DNA from: a phage
Direction: 5' to 3' (one strand)
Length of the DNA: 285 bases
Sequence record: AF419415.1
Part shown: piece by piece, positions 1 through 285 of the stretch
Layout of the letters: every line of letters begins with the position of its first letter
Numbering within the stretch: position 1 is the first letter of the stretch
Made by a program: the position numbers and the translations under genes
The notes under the pieces: model-generated
The model's database searches: none
Told to the model about the DNA's origin: nothing
Seen by the model: only the letters and a program-made list of their open reading frames with translations

Positions 1-285
1 ATGGCTATGTCTAACATGACTTACAACAACGTTTTCGACCACGCTTACGAAATGCTGAAAGAAAACATTCGTTATGATGACATCCGTGACACTGATGACT
101 TGCACGATGCTATTCACATGGCTGCCGATAATGCAGTTCCGCACTACTACGCTGACATCTTTAGCGTAATGGCAAGTGAGGGCATTGACCTTGAGTTCGA
201 AGACTCTGGTCTGGTGCCTGACACCAAGGACGTAATCCGCATCCTGCAAGCGCGTATCTATGAGCAATTAACGATTGACCTCTGG
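1..285 (+). CDS. ocr: Ocr (gene 0.3 protein), DNA-mimic anti-restriction protein inhibiting type I R-M enzymes; 3'-partial (codons 1-95 of an expected ~117, no stop in window)
   Basis: Seen in sequence: frame 1 is open across all 285 nt starting at ATG 1-3, while + frames 2 and 3 hit stops within the first 20 nt (TGA 16-18, TAA 12-14). The translation matches, from memory, the T7 gene 0.3 product. Composition is strongly acidic (14 Asp + 6 Glu against 2 Lys + 4 Arg in 95 residues), as expected for a DNA mimic. The ribosome-binding site would lie upstream of nt 1 and is not visible. In-frame ATGs at 7-9 and 16-18 have no Shine-Dalgarno-like sequence before them within the window, so nt 1 is the most plausible start. 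Confidence 0.93.
   Translation, partial: MAMSNMTYNNVFDHAYEMLKENIRYDDIRDTDDLHDAIHMAADNAVPHYYADIFSVMASEGIDLEFEDSGLVPDTKDVIRILQARIYEQLTIDLW

Noticed and set aside
1-18. Three closely spaced in-frame ATG codons (1-3, 7-9, 16-18) as possible alternative start sites.
   Set aside because: No Shine-Dalgarno-like purine-rich motif lies upstream of the second or third ATG within the window, and the known Ocr N-terminus corresponds to initiation at the first ATG. The internal ATGs are simply Met codons.
76-159. Short recurring hexamers (GATGAC at 76-81 and 94-99; GACATC at 79-84 and 154-159).
   Set aside because: These reflect repeated Asp-Asp and Asp-Ile dipeptides in an Asp-rich protein; they are too short and too codon-driven to suggest repeat elements, CRISPR units or binding-site arrays.
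1-267. Long antisense open frame on the - strand, co-phased with the sense codons (no stop from nt 267 down to nt 1, ~89 codons; the only stop is the complement of the TTA codon at 268-270).
   Set aside because: It exists only because the sense gene contains no in-frame TTA, CTA or TCA codons apart from the one at 268-270, a direct by-product of its codon bias. The frame has no ATG (there is no sense-frame CAT codon), only GTG/TTG candidates with no evident RBS. Antisense 'shadow' ORFs of this kind are common in highly biased genes and are not evidence of a second gene.
184-281. Direct 8-bp repeat ATTGACCT at 184-191 and 274-281.
   Set aside because: Both copies are in frame and encode the same Ile-Asp-Leu tripeptide within the Ocr fold. 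A short repeat caused by a recurring peptide motif and biased codon choice is more likely than a recombination or regulatory site.
1-285. The possibility that the window encodes a novel, undescribed defence or anti-defence system, as the task suggested.
   Set aside because: The entire window is accounted for by a single, well-characterised gene (ocr) with no unexplained intergenic sequence, extra ORFs or unusual structure. Claiming novelty would not be supported by anything visible in the sequence.

Overview
The whole window is one open reading frame on the + strand (nt 1-285, frame 1, 95 codons, no stop before the window ends). Its translation, [96 protein letters not shown] recognise as the N-terminal ~80% of Ocr (gene 0.3, 'overcome classical restriction') of coliphage T7 or a very close T7-like relative. 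Ocr is a well-characterised DNA-mimic inhibitor of type I restriction-modification enzymes. The acidic C-terminal tail, the stop codon, and the upstream ribosome-binding site and early promoters all lie outside the window. I see no evidence for a previously undescribed system here: this is a known anti-defence gene. The secondary observations are a possible single-residue difference from the T7 reference as I remember it (Val at codon 72), the historical 'downstream box' region just after the start codon, and a codon-bias-driven antisense open frame that I consider spurious. All identifications rest on memory of the protein sequence and must be confirmed by database search.
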